IMG/VR virus record: IMGVR_UViG_3300047160_023228
Length of the DNA: 64,000 nucleotides
From: an uncultured virus (IMG/VR IMGVR_UViG_3300047160_023228)
Taxonomy: Duplodnaviria > Heunggongvirae > Uroviricota > Caudoviricetes
Reading direction: 5' to 3' (one strand)
Part shown: positions 29,799 to 39,455 of the stretch, in pieces
How positions within the stretch are numbered: the first letter of the stretch is position 1
How the letters are laid out: each line of letters opens with the position of its first letter
Translations under genes and position numbers: made by a program
The notes under the pieces: generated by a model
Told to the model about the DNA's origin: nothing
The model's input: only the letters and a program-made list of their open reading frames with translations
Database searches by the model: none

Positions 29799-29990
29799 TT
29801 ACTTGGCCTTCGCGGGCACGGGTTCGGTATACCATTCCGCCTTTTGCGCCATGATCAGCGCGTGCGCCTCTTCCTCGGGAACTTCGACAACGCGGCCCTC
29901 TTCGACGTGTTGACCAAGAAGACGGGTTGCGCCCGTGATGCGGACGCGGGCTGTTTTGCCAGGCGTAACCTTGATGAACTCAACCGGCAT
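29799..29990 (-). CDS. small capsid-downstream protein
   Basis: GRVVEVPEEEAHALI..KA pattern; RBS. Confidence 0.65.
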   Translation of the reverse strand: MPVEFIKVTPGKTARVRITGATRLLGQHVEEGRVVEVPEEEAHALIMAQKAEWYTEPVPAKAK

Positions 29991-30011
29991 GGTTCCTTCC
30001 TCTCCGTTGAA

Positions 30012-30049
30012 CCCGCGCCGAGGCCCCAGGTTCGGGGCTTCGGCGCGGG
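30012..30049. terminator. strong hairpin after capsid gene
   Basis: cccgcgccgaggccc…gggcttcggcgcggg. Confidence 0.5.
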
Positions 30050-30083
30050 GTGCTGCGTTCGTTGTTGGGTGTAGGTCGATGTC

Positions 30084-32027
30084 TTACAGGAGCGGGTTGG
30101 CGTCCACGATGGCCGAGAAACTCTCGGGGTGACGCACGTTCACATCGCACGTGTCGAAGGTGGTGACTTCGATCATGCCCTGTTTCTTCAGGCGGTACGG
30201 GTCCACGATCACTTCAAGGGCTCCCCACTCACCGATGAGCAACTGATTCCACACGCCAAAGATGCACGAATGCAGAACAGGCGAAGTGCCAAACGTGGGC
30301 ATCTGATTCGATACCTCGGCGCGGTATCCGTTCACTTCGCCGTTATCCCACACCGGCAGGGCCAGGGTGTTGTTCAGCTTGGCAACCTGCTTCAGTTTGC
30401 CGCGCATCGCCGCATCGGTGAGATAGGCCATCGTGCCGATATCGGCGTTGGCGGTTGCCACCTGGGTTTCCTGTTGCACGAAAGACGCATAGGTAAGCGC
30501 GGTTCCACCCGTGGCAACCGATCCGATGCCGGTCTGATTCAGGATGCCTTTGGGCTGATTGGACGCGCCCGAACCGTTGATGGCTGCCAGATCGATGGCA
30601 CGGGCAACAATCGCCATCAGGTCATTACGCACGAGAGCTTCCACATCCACCGAAGACTGTAGCAACAGTTTGCGGCTGAAGCTGGTGGAACTTTGCAGGA
30701 GCTTCGGAGACATAGTGATCTGCGCGAACGTCAGATTGGAATCAGCAACATCGGCGCCGGGGTTATCGGCAACCCAGGTTGCGGTTCCGGCGGAAGCCTG
30801 TTTCGGGAACGCGATATTGGAAGACAGGCCCGAAAGAACGGTGGCGCCCAGGTCACGAACCTTCATCTTGTTGCGGAGCAGTTCGATCAGCGACACGTAC
30901 TCGGTGAAGATGGTTTCCGTTCCCTTGGTGGCCGCGGTGGCATCCAGGCCGGCGCGCTGATTTATGCCGTAGGGTGCGCGGCGGTCAAAGCGTTCGTTGT
31001 CGGACAACCGCATCCGCACATCCATGGGCACGAAGAACCCATCGCGCCGGGCGGTGCGTCCAAGCTTGCGGCTGAGTTCCTGGCTTACTTCCAACTCGAA
31101 ACAGTTGCCACCATCGGCGGCCGTGTTGAGGGCGCGCAGGATGGAGTAGCTTTGCTTTTCTTTGTCGGAGAGGCCGGCAACATTGATGTTGCGGACTTCG
31201 TTGCTCTTCGCGTCGGCAATCTGGGCATCCAGGACGTGACGCCGAACCGCATCGGCGGAAGTGTTCTCGTTGATGAACTTCTCCGCCTGTTCGCGGGTGA
31301 TCTGTTGCGGATAGCGAGCCGCCAGAGCGTTGATTTCCGAAACGCGCGAACGTTCCGCAAGCACCGCGGCGTTGTGGTCAACCGCCGGCGTACCGGCGGA
31401 AGCAGTCGTAGGGTCCATGCTTCTCTCCTGGGTTGCGGCCGGAGCCGGATTGAGTGTTGCGGTTTCCGCGGCAGCATTCGGGCTGTTGGCCGTAAGACAG
31501 CGCGCGGGAAATACGGGTGTGCCGGCCGGAAGTTCGCGGCCCACACCAACGGTGGGATCGGCGGGGATCGGCACGAGCGAACCTTCGACGGGTTCCCAAT
31601 CGCTAATGCGATAGGTGCAATTACCGTTCTCGTCCTTGGATTCGAGGTCGTAGGCGTGGACGATGTAGCCGCCCGAAGCGTCCACAAGAATCCCGTCCTG
31701 CACATCGCGGAACTTCTCTTCGGCCAGGGCCGAATTGCCGAACCGCGCGGTTACGGTCAACTTGCCGTCCTTGATGCCGTAAGACTCGATGCGCCCGATG
31801 TGCTGTTGGGTGTTGTGCCCGAACAGCAATGGAACGCCCCGCTTCAGACGATCCTGGCGAATCGATGCCGGCTTGTGGTCAAGGATCTCGCGGCCCCACC
31901 AACGATCCACCGGAGTTTCGGACGTGAGCGCAAACGTCACGGTTCGCTTTTCGGCGTCCACGCTCTCGACGGTGGCCGCGCGATGCAACACCGGCAACGC
32001 CGCGGGAATCTGTTTCTGACTGTCCAT
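30084..32027 (-). CDS. prohead protease-major capsid fusion (HK97 fold)
   Basis: LLFGH, SGGY, EGSLVPIPADPTVG protease part; capsid part GSGASNQPKGI…RHPESF. Confidence 0.92.
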   Translation of the reverse strand: MDSQKQIPAALPVLHRAATVESVDAEKRTVTFALTSETPVDRWWGREILDHKPASIRQDRLKRGVPLLFGHNTQQHIGRIESYGIKDGKLTVTARFGNSALAEEKFRDVQDGILVDASGGYIVHAYDLESKDENGNCTYRISDWEPVEGSLVPIPADPTVGVGRELPAGTPVFPARCLTANSPNAAAETATLNPAPAATQERSMDPTTASAGTPAVDHNAAVLAERSRVSEINALAARYPQQITREQAEKFINENTSADAVRRHVLDAQIADAKSNEVRNINVAGLSDKEKQSYSILRALNTAADGGNCFELEVSQELSRKLGRTARRDGFFVPMDVRMRLSDNERFDRRAPYGINQRAGLDATAATKGTETIFTEYVSLIELLRNKMKVRDLGATVLSGLSSNIAFPKQASAGTATWVADNPGADVADSNLTFAQITMSPKLLQSSTSFSRKLLLQSSVDVEALVRNDLMAIVARAIDLAAINGSGASNQPKGILNQTGIGSVATGGTALTYASFVQQETQVATANADIGTMAYLTDAAMRGKLKQVAKLNNTLALPVWDNGEVNGYRAEVSNQMPTFGTSPVLHSCIFGVWNQLLIGEWGALEVIVDPYRLKKQGMIEVTTFDTCDVNVRHPESFSAIVDANPLL

Positions 32028-32055
32028 AACTTGACGGTGCGCCAAAAAGAAAAAA

Positions 32056-32072
32056 CCGCGCAAAAAGCGCGG
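32056..32072 (-). terminator. intrinsic terminator overlapping capsid promoter
   Basis: Minus strand ccgcgc-ttttt-gcgcgg followed by ttttttctttt. Confidence 0.6.
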
Positions 32073-32105
32073 CTCTTTCTGATCATTGACCACTGATCAC
32101 TGTTT

Positions 32106-33206
32106 TTACTGCACCTCAGAGACGTTGCAATTCGTGCCATCGTAGGCAACCGCGAGGATGACAGGCTTCGTGGTTCCGGGCGGGATCACGATGCCGCCGG
32201 CCAGCGAAGACAAACCCGAACCCACCGCCGGCCACCAGGCACAACCCGTGCCGAAGGTGACGGAGAGCGGTGCGCCCATATCGCGCCACACGGCGTTGGG
32301 CGGTCCCGATCCACCCGATTCGGCGGTATACGCGCCGGCGGTGTTCCAGGTTGGCTCAGTGGCGCCCGTGTACCCGGCGGTGGAGACTTCCTGAAGATGA
32401 CCATTCTCGTCCCATAACACCTGGCCCACGGTCACCGAAGTGTTCGCGGTCCACGATGCAAGAGTGGTGGTAACAGGGATCGTCACCGGGTAGGGCGGAG
32501 AAATTACCACAGCAAAAGTGTTGCCCGCGGTCAAGCCGGTCACATTCAGCGTTCGCGCAGGTATGGACGCATTCAAGGGAAGCGTAAAGGCGGAATAGAG
32601 ACGGTTGGCGTTCGCCAGGGTGACGGTAGCCGCATCGGTAAGCATGATCTGAGCCGCCGGTGGTGCCACGTACATCAACGGCTGCGCAGTCAGATTGGGA
32701 GTGTAGTGATCGAAGTTACACACGTTGGCCTGGCACCAGTCGCCGGAATTCACCGCGGTCCCGTGTGGCTGCACGCATTTATAGCCACCGCCTAACATCG
32801 TCTTGCCCTGCGCGGCGACGGTCACGGCGTAACAGACGTTTTGCGGATTGCCCAGGCTCACATCGGGAAGAGTGACAGAAAAGGCGCCGGCGGTAACGGG
32901 CACGGTGATCGGCTGCGCGGCCGTCTGTCCACCGCCGCCCATTTGAAACGAAGCCGGCGTGCCGTTGGTGAGCGTCGGGGTAAAGGTGATGGTTCCGGTG
33001 ATCGGCGTAGTCCCGCCGAGCCGGGTTGCCATCACGGTCACGGTTTGCGAAGACAGGGAAGCGGGCATCGCAAAACACAGAAGCAATAAAGGCCACTTCC
33101 GCCGGTCCGCGATGCGCGGCAAGAGATCGAATAGGAAGCACCCCCAACCGATCAGGGAACCGATAAGCACGATGCACACGAACGCCACGCCCGCGAAGTT
33201 ATCCAT
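32106..33206 (-). CDS. membrane-anchored/exported protein sharing modules with 15608-17842 and 14838-15461
   Basis: TGATG coupling to portal; TM plus signal-like segment, then shared Cys-containing domains. Confidence 0.72.
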   Translation of the reverse strand: MDNFAGVAFVCIVLIGSLIGWGCFLFDLLPRIADRRKWPLLLLCFAMPASLSSQTVTVMATRLGGTTPITGTITFTPTLTNGTPASFQMGGGGQTAAQPITVPVTAGAFSVTLPDVSLGNPQNVCYAVTVAAQGKTMLGGGYKCVQPHGTAVNSGDWCQANVCNFDHYTPNLTAQPLMYVAPPAAQIMLTDAATVTLANANRLYSAFTLPLNASIPARTLNVTGLTAGNTFAVVISPPYPVTIPVTTTLASWTANTSVTVGQVLWDENGHLQEVSTAGYTGATEPTWNTAGAYTAESGGSGPPNAVWRDMGAPLSVTFGTGCAWWPAVGSGLSSLAGGIVIPPGTTKPVILAVAYDGTNCNVSEVQ

Positions 33207-34747
33207 CAGTTCGATCCCCCTTTCGATTTCTGCGTGCTTCCCTCTTCGGAGTCTTCCGGCGCGTCGGCAACACCCTTCGCGTCGGTTCCCAACTTGAGGC
33301 CGTATTTCTTGATCAGGGCTTCCTCTTCGCTCAGTTCCTGCAGCGTGTCTTCGAGGTCGTAGCCTTGTTCGCCAAGCAAGCGTTGCCGGGTGGTGAAGCC
33401 GTTCTGCACCCCGAGCGCGTTGGCTTGCTGATCCTTCACCGGGTCCACCCACGGCCACCCGCGCGGATGCCACTTGCACTGTGCGGCCGCCGTATCAATG
33501 TCGCGCATGCCCAGGTTGATGCGCCCGGCAAGCACGGCCTGTTCGAGCCACTTTTTGAACACCGGCCGATGAAAGCTTTCGATCATCCACCGCTGGCGTA
33601 CGCGCCACATATCGCGCTCGTTCAACAGGCCGGCGCGAATCGAAGAGAAGTTGACGCCTTCCAGATCTTCGGCGAGCGAGTTGTAAGACACGCCCAACGA
33701 TGCGGCGATTCCGCGCTTGACTTCCTTCACGAAGTTGCCGAACGCGGTGTTGGGGTGGTTGGGATCGAACTTTTCGAAGCTCTGACCCGTCACCTGCAGG
33801 AAGCCGCCCGGCGTGGCTTCAATGTTCACCGTACCGTCTTCGTTTCGCCCTTCGCCCTCAAACTCATCCGTTCCCTTATCGTTGACGATCACGCCCATCT
33901 GACAGGCGCCCACGCGCGCCGCGGTCACTTCGGCTTCCATGTAGCCGCGCAGCATGTTCATCTGGAACATGGCCGGCGCCATCCACGGAACGCCGCGGGT
34001 TTGCATGGCGGAATCGAGGCGGTAAGCGTGATGCACCTGTTCTGCCGGGACGCGGATGTGGCTTTGGGCGCGCGAACTCGATTCGTTGGGGTGACGGTTC
34101 CACAGGTGGTAGGCCAGCGGCTTGCGGAACTTATCGACTTCCACACCCATGCGGATTTCGGTTCCGGCGGAGGTCTGTTCGAGGAAGAACGTGTGATCCA
34201 ACTGATCGATGTCAATGAACTGCAGGGCGAAGCCCCACGGGTTATCCGTGGGCTTGTCCAACACCAGGAATTCGCCGTCCATGGCGGCCGTACGGATCAA
34301 CAACCGTTCCAATTCATCGAAGGCCATCAACCCATCAACCGTGCAATTGCCGCGCTGGCACCACAGCAACCACTGTTCACGGATTTGTTGATTGAGCGAA
34401 TCGGCCAGGCCGTCACCGCGAAGATTCTTCACCTTCGCCTGGAAGCGCACGCCATGCTTGCCGATCACGTTGGCTTCGCACAGGGAGAGAAACTTCGCGG
34501 CGGTGGGATCGTTGTCGGCAAGTTCGCGCGCGCGGGAGCGGAGCTTGCGGAGATCAGTCCACAACTTCTGATCGCGCGAAAGAATCGACATCGCCCAATC
34601 GAAGGTGAGGCGGCCCATCTGCGCGGCGGTGAAGGAACGCGCGCCCGATCGCACCGGGCCGGAACGCTGTGCAAGGTTCGCGTAGCTGCGCGCTACCGCC
34701 TCGCGGCGGGCTTCGGAGAGATCAAGCGGTTCAATAGTTGTAGCCAA
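33206..34747 (-). CDS. portal protein, lambda family
   Basis: LRSRARELADND, QTRGVPW, VNFSSIRAGLL, WVDPVKD. Confidence 0.93.
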   Translation of the reverse strand: MATTIEPLDLSEARREAVARSYANLAQRSGPVRSGARSFTAAQMGRLTFDWAMSILSRDQKLWTDLRKLRSRARELADNDPTAAKFLSLCEANVIGKHGVRFQAKVKNLRGDGLADSLNQQIREQWLLWCQRGNCTVDGLMAFDELERLLIRTAAMDGEFLVLDKPTDNPWGFALQFIDIDQLDHTFFLEQTSAGTEIRMGVEVDKFRKPLAYHLWNRHPNESSSRAQSHIRVPAEQVHHAYRLDSAMQTRGVPWMAPAMFQMNMLRGYMEAEVTAARVGACQMGVIVNDKGTDEFEGEGRNEDGTVNIEATPGGFLQVTGQSFEKFDPNHPNTAFGNFVKEVKRGIAASLGVSYNSLAEDLEGVNFSSIRAGLLNERDMWRVRQRWMIESFHRPVFKKWLEQAVLAGRINLGMRDIDTAAAQCKWHPRGWPWVDPVKDQQANALGVQNGFTTRQRLLGEQGYDLEDTLQELSEEEALIKKYGLKLGTDAKGVADAPEDSEEGSTQKSKGGSN

Positions 34748-35336
34748 AGCTCACCCCGATGGTTTTCTTCGGCGGGCGCTCGCCGCGCCGGATGCGGAGC
34801 GCGCGCACGCGCTGTTCGAAGACGGTTTTCAACTGAAGGATTTCCTGCCAGGAGTAGTGGCGTAGTTCGCGCTCGAAGACGCGGTATTCCTGTACGTCCT
34901 GGGTGGCCTTGCCCTGGATCAGCGCGTTGATGTTATCGAGGGTGATCTCATCCGGTTCCCGGTCATCGAAGCCACCGGTTGCCGCCTGAAGATTGGGAAG
35001 AACTTCCACCTTGCCTTCGGCGATGGTGTAGCGGTTGCCGGCCTGATCGTTGATGTAGGCTTGCCACCGATAGGAACCGGGCGCCCAGGCCGCGGTGGTT
35101 GCCGCGGGAACCGTGATCTCATAGTTCTGCGATCCGGCAACCACCGCCGGGCCGTTCACCTGGAAGTTGGCGAAGCGGTTCACGATGGCATAGGAAAGCG
35201 AATAGCCCTGGGTGGGGGGATAGTCGTTACAGGCGCGTTGCCATTGGACAGTATCACCCGCCCTGATCTCCCGCGGTTCGGATTGCGGGGGATCAGGAAT
35301 GGCAAGCGGATCGAGATCAATCGGAAAGGTGCTCAC
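34731..35336 (-). CDS. head-tail adaptor (gpW-like C-terminus)
   Basis: AGDTVQW…T.AW.PG.Y.W; VQEYRVFEREL; upstream of portal. Confidence 0.7.
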   Translation of the reverse strand: MSTFPIDLDPLAIPDPPQSEPREIRAGDTVQWQRACNDYPPTQGYSLSYAIVNRFANFQVNGPAVVAGSQNYEITVPAATTAAWAPGSYRWQAYINDQAGNRYTIAEGKVEVLPNLQAATGGFDDREPDEITLDNINALIQGKATQDVQEYRVFERELRHYSWQEILQLKTVFEQRVRALRIRRGERPPKKTIGVSFGYNY

Positions 35337-35384
35337 CCTTCCAACGTGGCTCTTTTTGAGGAAATTACGCCAATTTAGGCGAGA

Positions 35385-36035
35385 TTAAGACGCCGCAACC
35401 ATGATCTGCGGATCGGAAGGATCATCTTCGAAACACACACCGCAAATCAGCACGGCATCGGGTTTCGCCCAGGCGTTCTGATCGCATTCCGGGCACGTGT
35501 ACTTCGTCTTGCTGTCACTCTTCGCTTTGGCTTCGGCGGCCAACGGTGACGGCGATTCCCACCGCAACGCGAGGCCCTGTTTTTTGAGGTTGGCATAGGC
35601 GCGCGCATACGGGCCATCCTTCACCACGAAGTGAGTGACGTGTTGCCCGGTTTCCTTGCCGCCTGGTTGCCCGGTGGTGGTGGGCTGCAGCCCGATCTCT
35701 TTCATCTTCGCGGCCCATTGCCTATCGTGGTAGCACTTGCGCGGCGCGCGGCCGTGCGCCTGTTGCCACAGGTGAACCATTTCGTGAGCCAGGGTGGACA
35801 GGATACGCTCGTCGGTTTCGTCGCAAAAGCAATCGGGGTTCATGGCGATCTCATGAACCGTGGTTTTGTTGCCGCGACCGTGGAAGCGTTCGGGCGCGAA
35901 ATAGCCGCGGGCCTTTGAATGGCGCTGCAGGGTAACAAGCACCTGGGGAAGATTGCCGGCGAAGAGCTTGCCGTTGAAGTAATCGAACGCTGTTTGAAAA
36001 TCCATGTATTGCTGAGTGGTGATCGTCTCTTTCAT
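35385..36035 (-). CDS. SprT-like zinc metalloprotease
   Basis: TLAHEMVHLWQ…YHDRQW, C-terminal CPEC…CGVC. Confidence 0.88.
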   Translation of the reverse strand: MKETITTQQYMDFQTAFDYFNGKLFAGNLPQVLVTLQRHSKARGYFAPERFHGRGNKTTVHEIAMNPDCFCDETDERILSTLAHEMVHLWQQAHGRAPRKCYHDRQWAAKMKEIGLQPTTTGQPGGKETGQHVTHFVVKDGPYARAYANLKKQGLALRWESPSPLAAEAKAKSDSKTKYTCPECDQNAWAKPDAVLICGVCFEDDPSDPQIMVAAS

Positions 36036-36277
36036 CGCGAGAAATCCTCTTCCACGCCTACGTGTTCCAATTTCCGCCAGATCATCCATCCACGCTCGAC
36101 GCCGGCCCAATACGCATCGGCTTGAACAGTTCCCATCTTGAACCGCTTGGGGAACTCCGTACCCGCGGTGCGCCGGCAAAGACAATCAATCGCGCCGAGC
36201 CGATAGACGTTGCTTCGCGGATCGCCGTGCTGCATCGCCTCATCCACGATACGGGCCATCTGTTCACGGTTATCCAT
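36032..36277 (-). CDS. hypothetical protein
   Basis: MDNREQ…ADAYWAG; ATGA overlap with the SprT gene. Confidence 0.6.
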   Translation of the reverse strand: MDNREQMARIVDEAMQHGDPRSNVYRLGAIDCLCRRTAGTEFPKRFKMGTVQADAYWAGVERGWMIWRKLEHVGVEEDFSR

Positions 36278-36281
36278 CTGG

Positions 36282-36431
36282 TCATTCCCCCACGATGTGA
36301 CGCGCGAAGTTTTCCGGGTGATCGTACTCGAAGGGATCGGACCAATCCGGAAACCCGGCGATCCACGCGATTCCCAGGAGCACGGCGAACAGCAGGGCGA
36401 ACGCCGCAACGTGTTGCATGAAGTTCTTCAT
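36282..36431 (-). CDS. 49-aa single-TM peptide (not in ORF track)
   Basis: MKNFMQHVAAFALLFAVLLGIAWIAGFPDW…; ATGA overlap. Confidence 0.55.
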   Translation of the reverse strand: MKNFMQHVAAFALLFAVLLGIAWIAGFPDWSDPFEYDHPENFARHIVGE

Positions 36432-36661
36432 GCTTCCACCACCTCGTCTAAGTAGCTCACAGCCTCATCGAGGCTTTGCATGGCGCTGTCCAACGTATCG
36501 ATTGCCGTCTGTGCTTTGTCACCCTTCTCACCGGCCTGAAAGTTTTCCGGCATATTGTCGTAATACTCTTCCTCTTCGGACTTCGCTTCCATCACTTCAT
36601 CACGAAGACTGAAGAGTTCTTCTCTGAGTTTTTCGATTCGCTTCCGTCTTGCTGCGTTCAT
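36428..36661 (-). CDS. small acidic helical protein
   Basis: MNAARRK…EEEYYDNMPENFQ.GEKG. Confidence 0.72.
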   Translation of the reverse strand: MNAARRKRIEKLREELFSLRDEVMEAKSEEEEYYDNMPENFQAGEKGDKAQTAIDTLDSAMQSLDEAVSYLDEVVEA

Positions 36662-36678
36662 CGTTCCCGCCTTTCATT

Positions 36679-36695
36679 TTGTATCGTACGATGCA
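36679..36695. promoter_or_regulatory. palindromic operator-like site, copy 2
   Basis: Identical to 11898-11914; 17 nt upstream of the moron operon start. Confidence 0.6.
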
Positions 36696-36739
36696 ATCTA
36701 ATAACGCGATGTGACAGCCAGCACTGGCGCATGTTTATT

Positions 36740-38833
36740 TCAGGAACGCCAACCGGAAATGAAGCCGGCGGGCTTGCGCGGCCGTGGATAGTTGGCAGGA
36801 CGGGGGCGGCCATTGTCTACCGGATCGGCGAGTTTGGCGGGCGCCGCGGCGGGCTTCGTTTCCGGAGCGGGAACGGGTTCCGGTTTGGGAGTCGGCTTCG
36901 GCGCGGGCGCACCCAGGGGAACCTGCTCCACGGGGGGGTTCTGGCGAAGCTGTTCCGTGGTTATATGGCGGTCCAGGTTGCGCTTGATCTTGCGGAAGTT
37001 GGGGCGGAGCACGGCCACCGCGGCGCGGGCATACACGAAGCAATCCAGGGCCTCGTTGCGTTCCGAAGTCTTAACCCATTGCATCGTGGTCACGAATTCG
37101 CGGGTTGTCTTCACTAGTTTTTCGGCGGTCACCTGGCGGAAGTATTCGGACGGAAGGCCCTCGCTGAAATGGCAATACCCGGCGCCGATCTCCCCCACCC
37201 GGAAGGAAGTGAAGATGTCTTCCTTCGCGGTGTCCACACCCACCGTGTACAGGAGAGTCTTGAAGGGTCCGACACGGTTCCCGGAGCTTGCCAGCGGCTT
37301 GCCGATGCCCGGCCTGCCCACGATGGCATACCAACGGCGGAGTTCATGTTTGCGGGTGAAGTCGTACACCCGTTCGGTGTGGTGGCCGCCGGAATCGACC
37401 AGCACACAGGAAACATGCATCGATACGCCGAGAGCGTGATCCCACGGTTCCAACAGGTATTCGCGCAGGGCGGCCCATGGGCTTTGCGCGTCGGTTTCCG
37501 GTAAGGATGGATCGCCGGGGAACACGCGGTGATCGATCACCCACCGTTCATCATCGAGGCCCCACCCGATCACCGAACATTCAAGGCGGTTGTCCTGGGT
37601 ATCGACGCCGGCGGTCAGGAACAGCACGCCGGGCGGTAGCAGATCCGTGTACGTCTCTTTGCGCTTTTCGAGTTCATGGAGATCGGCGCCGGTCCCGCGG
37701 ATTTCCCACGTTTCCGCGAGGCGTGTGTTGATGAACGTCTTTTTCCGCTCCAACGAACCTTTGGTGTCGAGCCATTCCTGGATAAGCTTGATCCACTCCA
37801 ACACGGGCGAATACAGCGCGTTGATGTGGAAGCCGGCCGTCTTGCCATCGTGACTGAGCGCGGTGGCCCGCCACTCCCCGCGGCGGATCATCTCGTGCTT
37901 TTCGTGTTCCTGAATGATGCACCCTTCGCCGCACACGTACCACCAATCGATAACGCGCGGCCGTAAACCTTCGCCCAGGCTTTCCGTCTTCCACTTGAGG
38001 CGGGGGAATTCGAGCACCTGGTAGGTTCCGCAATGCGGGCAGGGCACGTAGTAGCGGCGTTTGTCGGATGAGTCGTACGCCTTTTCGATGCGGGAGAGGT
38101 TCTTGATGCCCGGCGTGGACGCGAGGATGATCTTGCGGTTCCAAAAGGTGGTGGTTCGCTTGGTGGCCAGGTCTACGGGATCGCCTTCCGTGCCCGCGCT
38201 CTCATCGTAGCGATCTACTTCGTCGGGGAGCAGGACGCGGATCGGCATGGAGGCCAGGCCCGCGGGCGCGTTGGCGCCGGCCAGGATCAGGACGCCGCCG
38301 GGGAATTCCTTGTTGAGCAGGGTATTGCCGGAATCACGGGCGCGCGGGGGCGGATAGAGCTTGCGCAACACCGGGGTGGAACGGATCATCTTGGCGATGC
38401 GGTTCTTCGAATACTTCTCCGCTTCCCCGAGGGACGCTTGAACCATAAGCATCGGCGATGGTTCCCAATGGGTGTAGAAGCCGATGGCGTTGTTTTGTAT
38501 CTGGCTTTTGCCGGTTTGGGCGCCCATCATCATCACGATGGTTTCCACGCCCCGATCCGTGATGGCGTCCATGATGCCGCGCTGGTATTCGGCGAAGTCG
38601 GTATGGAACTTGCCGGGAGTGGCGCCGGCTTCGGGGGGAATGAAGGCGTATTCGTCGGACCATTGGGAGAGGGAGAGTTGCGGGCGGGGGCGGTAAATCT
38701 CCGCCGCGCGGCGGATGGCGCCGGAAAGGGCGGAAAGGCCCTCGGGAGAGGTTTGGTAGCGGGGGCGGGGGCGGAAGGCTAGCACGGGGACCCCGCCGGC
38801 GGGTCCTGGTCGGTGGGGTGTAGGAACGGTCAT
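36740..38833 (-). CDS. terminase large subunit (gpA family)
   Basis: AQTGKS, PDEVDRY, ASTP, CPHC, GVDTQ, RNEALDC. Confidence 0.95.
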   Translation of the reverse strand: MTVPTPHRPGPAGGVPVLAFRPRPRYQTSPEGLSALSGAIRRAAEIYRPRPQLSLSQWSDEYAFIPPEAGATPGKFHTDFAEYQRGIMDAITDRGVETIVMMMGAQTGKSQIQNNAIGFYTHWEPSPMLMVQASLGEAEKYSKNRIAKMIRSTPVLRKLYPPPRARDSGNTLLNKEFPGGVLILAGANAPAGLASMPIRVLLPDEVDRYDESAGTEGDPVDLATKRTTTFWNRKIILASTPGIKNLSRIEKAYDSSDKRRYYVPCPHCGTYQVLEFPRLKWKTESLGEGLRPRVIDWWYVCGEGCIIQEHEKHEMIRRGEWRATALSHDGKTAGFHINALYSPVLEWIKLIQEWLDTKGSLERKKTFINTRLAETWEIRGTGADLHELEKRKETYTDLLPPGVLFLTAGVDTQDNRLECSVIGWGLDDERWVIDHRVFPGDPSLPETDAQSPWAALREYLLEPWDHALGVSMHVSCVLVDSGGHHTERVYDFTRKHELRRWYAIVGRPGIGKPLASSGNRVGPFKTLLYTVGVDTAKEDIFTSFRVGEIGAGYCHFSEGLPSEYFRQVTAEKLVKTTREFVTTMQWVKTSERNEALDCFVYARAAVAVLRPNFRKIKRNLDRHITTEQLRQNPPVEQVPLGAPAPKPTPKPEPVPAPETKPAAAPAKLADPVDNGRPRPANYPRPRKPAGFISGWRS

Positions 38834-39405
38834 TCGTCGTCGTCCTGTTGGCCCTTGTGCGCGCCGGCCTCAAAGACGGATTCGACGGTGGCCAGATTGC
38901 CCAGGAGCACGTTGGTTTCGCGTTCCAGGATGGCGTAGATGCGGGAACGATCATCCACCCCCAACAGTTGGGTGGAGAGAACGGACGGCAGGGCCTGAAT
39001 GAGTTTCTTGGTTGCGGCGTTCGCGCTGGTCAGGGCCTTTTCTACGTCCGCAATGGAGGCGGCTTCGCCCCGTTCGCGGGCCAATTGAAGCTCTTTGAGG
39101 TCGGCTTCGGCGCGGGTTTTGCGGGCCAGGGCCTGTTCGTAGTCTTCGAGCGGGACTTCCGGGCCATTGGGGTCGGTTCCGGGCTTCCGAGTTCCGCCAC
39201 TTCCGCCGTTTTGCTCCACCTGATAGGCCACATACCACTTCAGCGTGACGGGCCAATCTAACGTACGGCTGCCGGCCGGGCCTTTCACGGGTAAGCCCTT
39301 GTCTTTGATCCAGTTACGCACCCACCGATCCGTGACGCCAAGTAGCTCCGCCACTTCGGCAACGGTAAGTTCGGATAAGTTACGCGGCTTTTCGTCTTTG
39401 GGCAT
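38830..39405 (-). CDS. terminase small subunit (Nu1-like)
   Basis: wHTH VAELLGVTDRWVRNW..KGLP; AEADLKELQLARERGE. Confidence 0.88.
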   Translation of the reverse strand: MPKDEKPRNLSELTVAEVAELLGVTDRWVRNWIKDKGLPVKGPAGSRTLDWPVTLKWYVAYQVEQNGGSGGTRKPGTDPNGPEVPLEDYEQALARKTRAEADLKELQLARERGEAASIADVEKALTSANAATKKLIQALPSVLSTQLLGVDDRSRIYAILERETNVLLGNLATVESVFEAGAHKGQQDDDE

Positions 39406-39455
39406 ACCGGCGGAAGCGGAAGTGATGGTAAAAAGTTCTGGCGCTAGAAGACACG

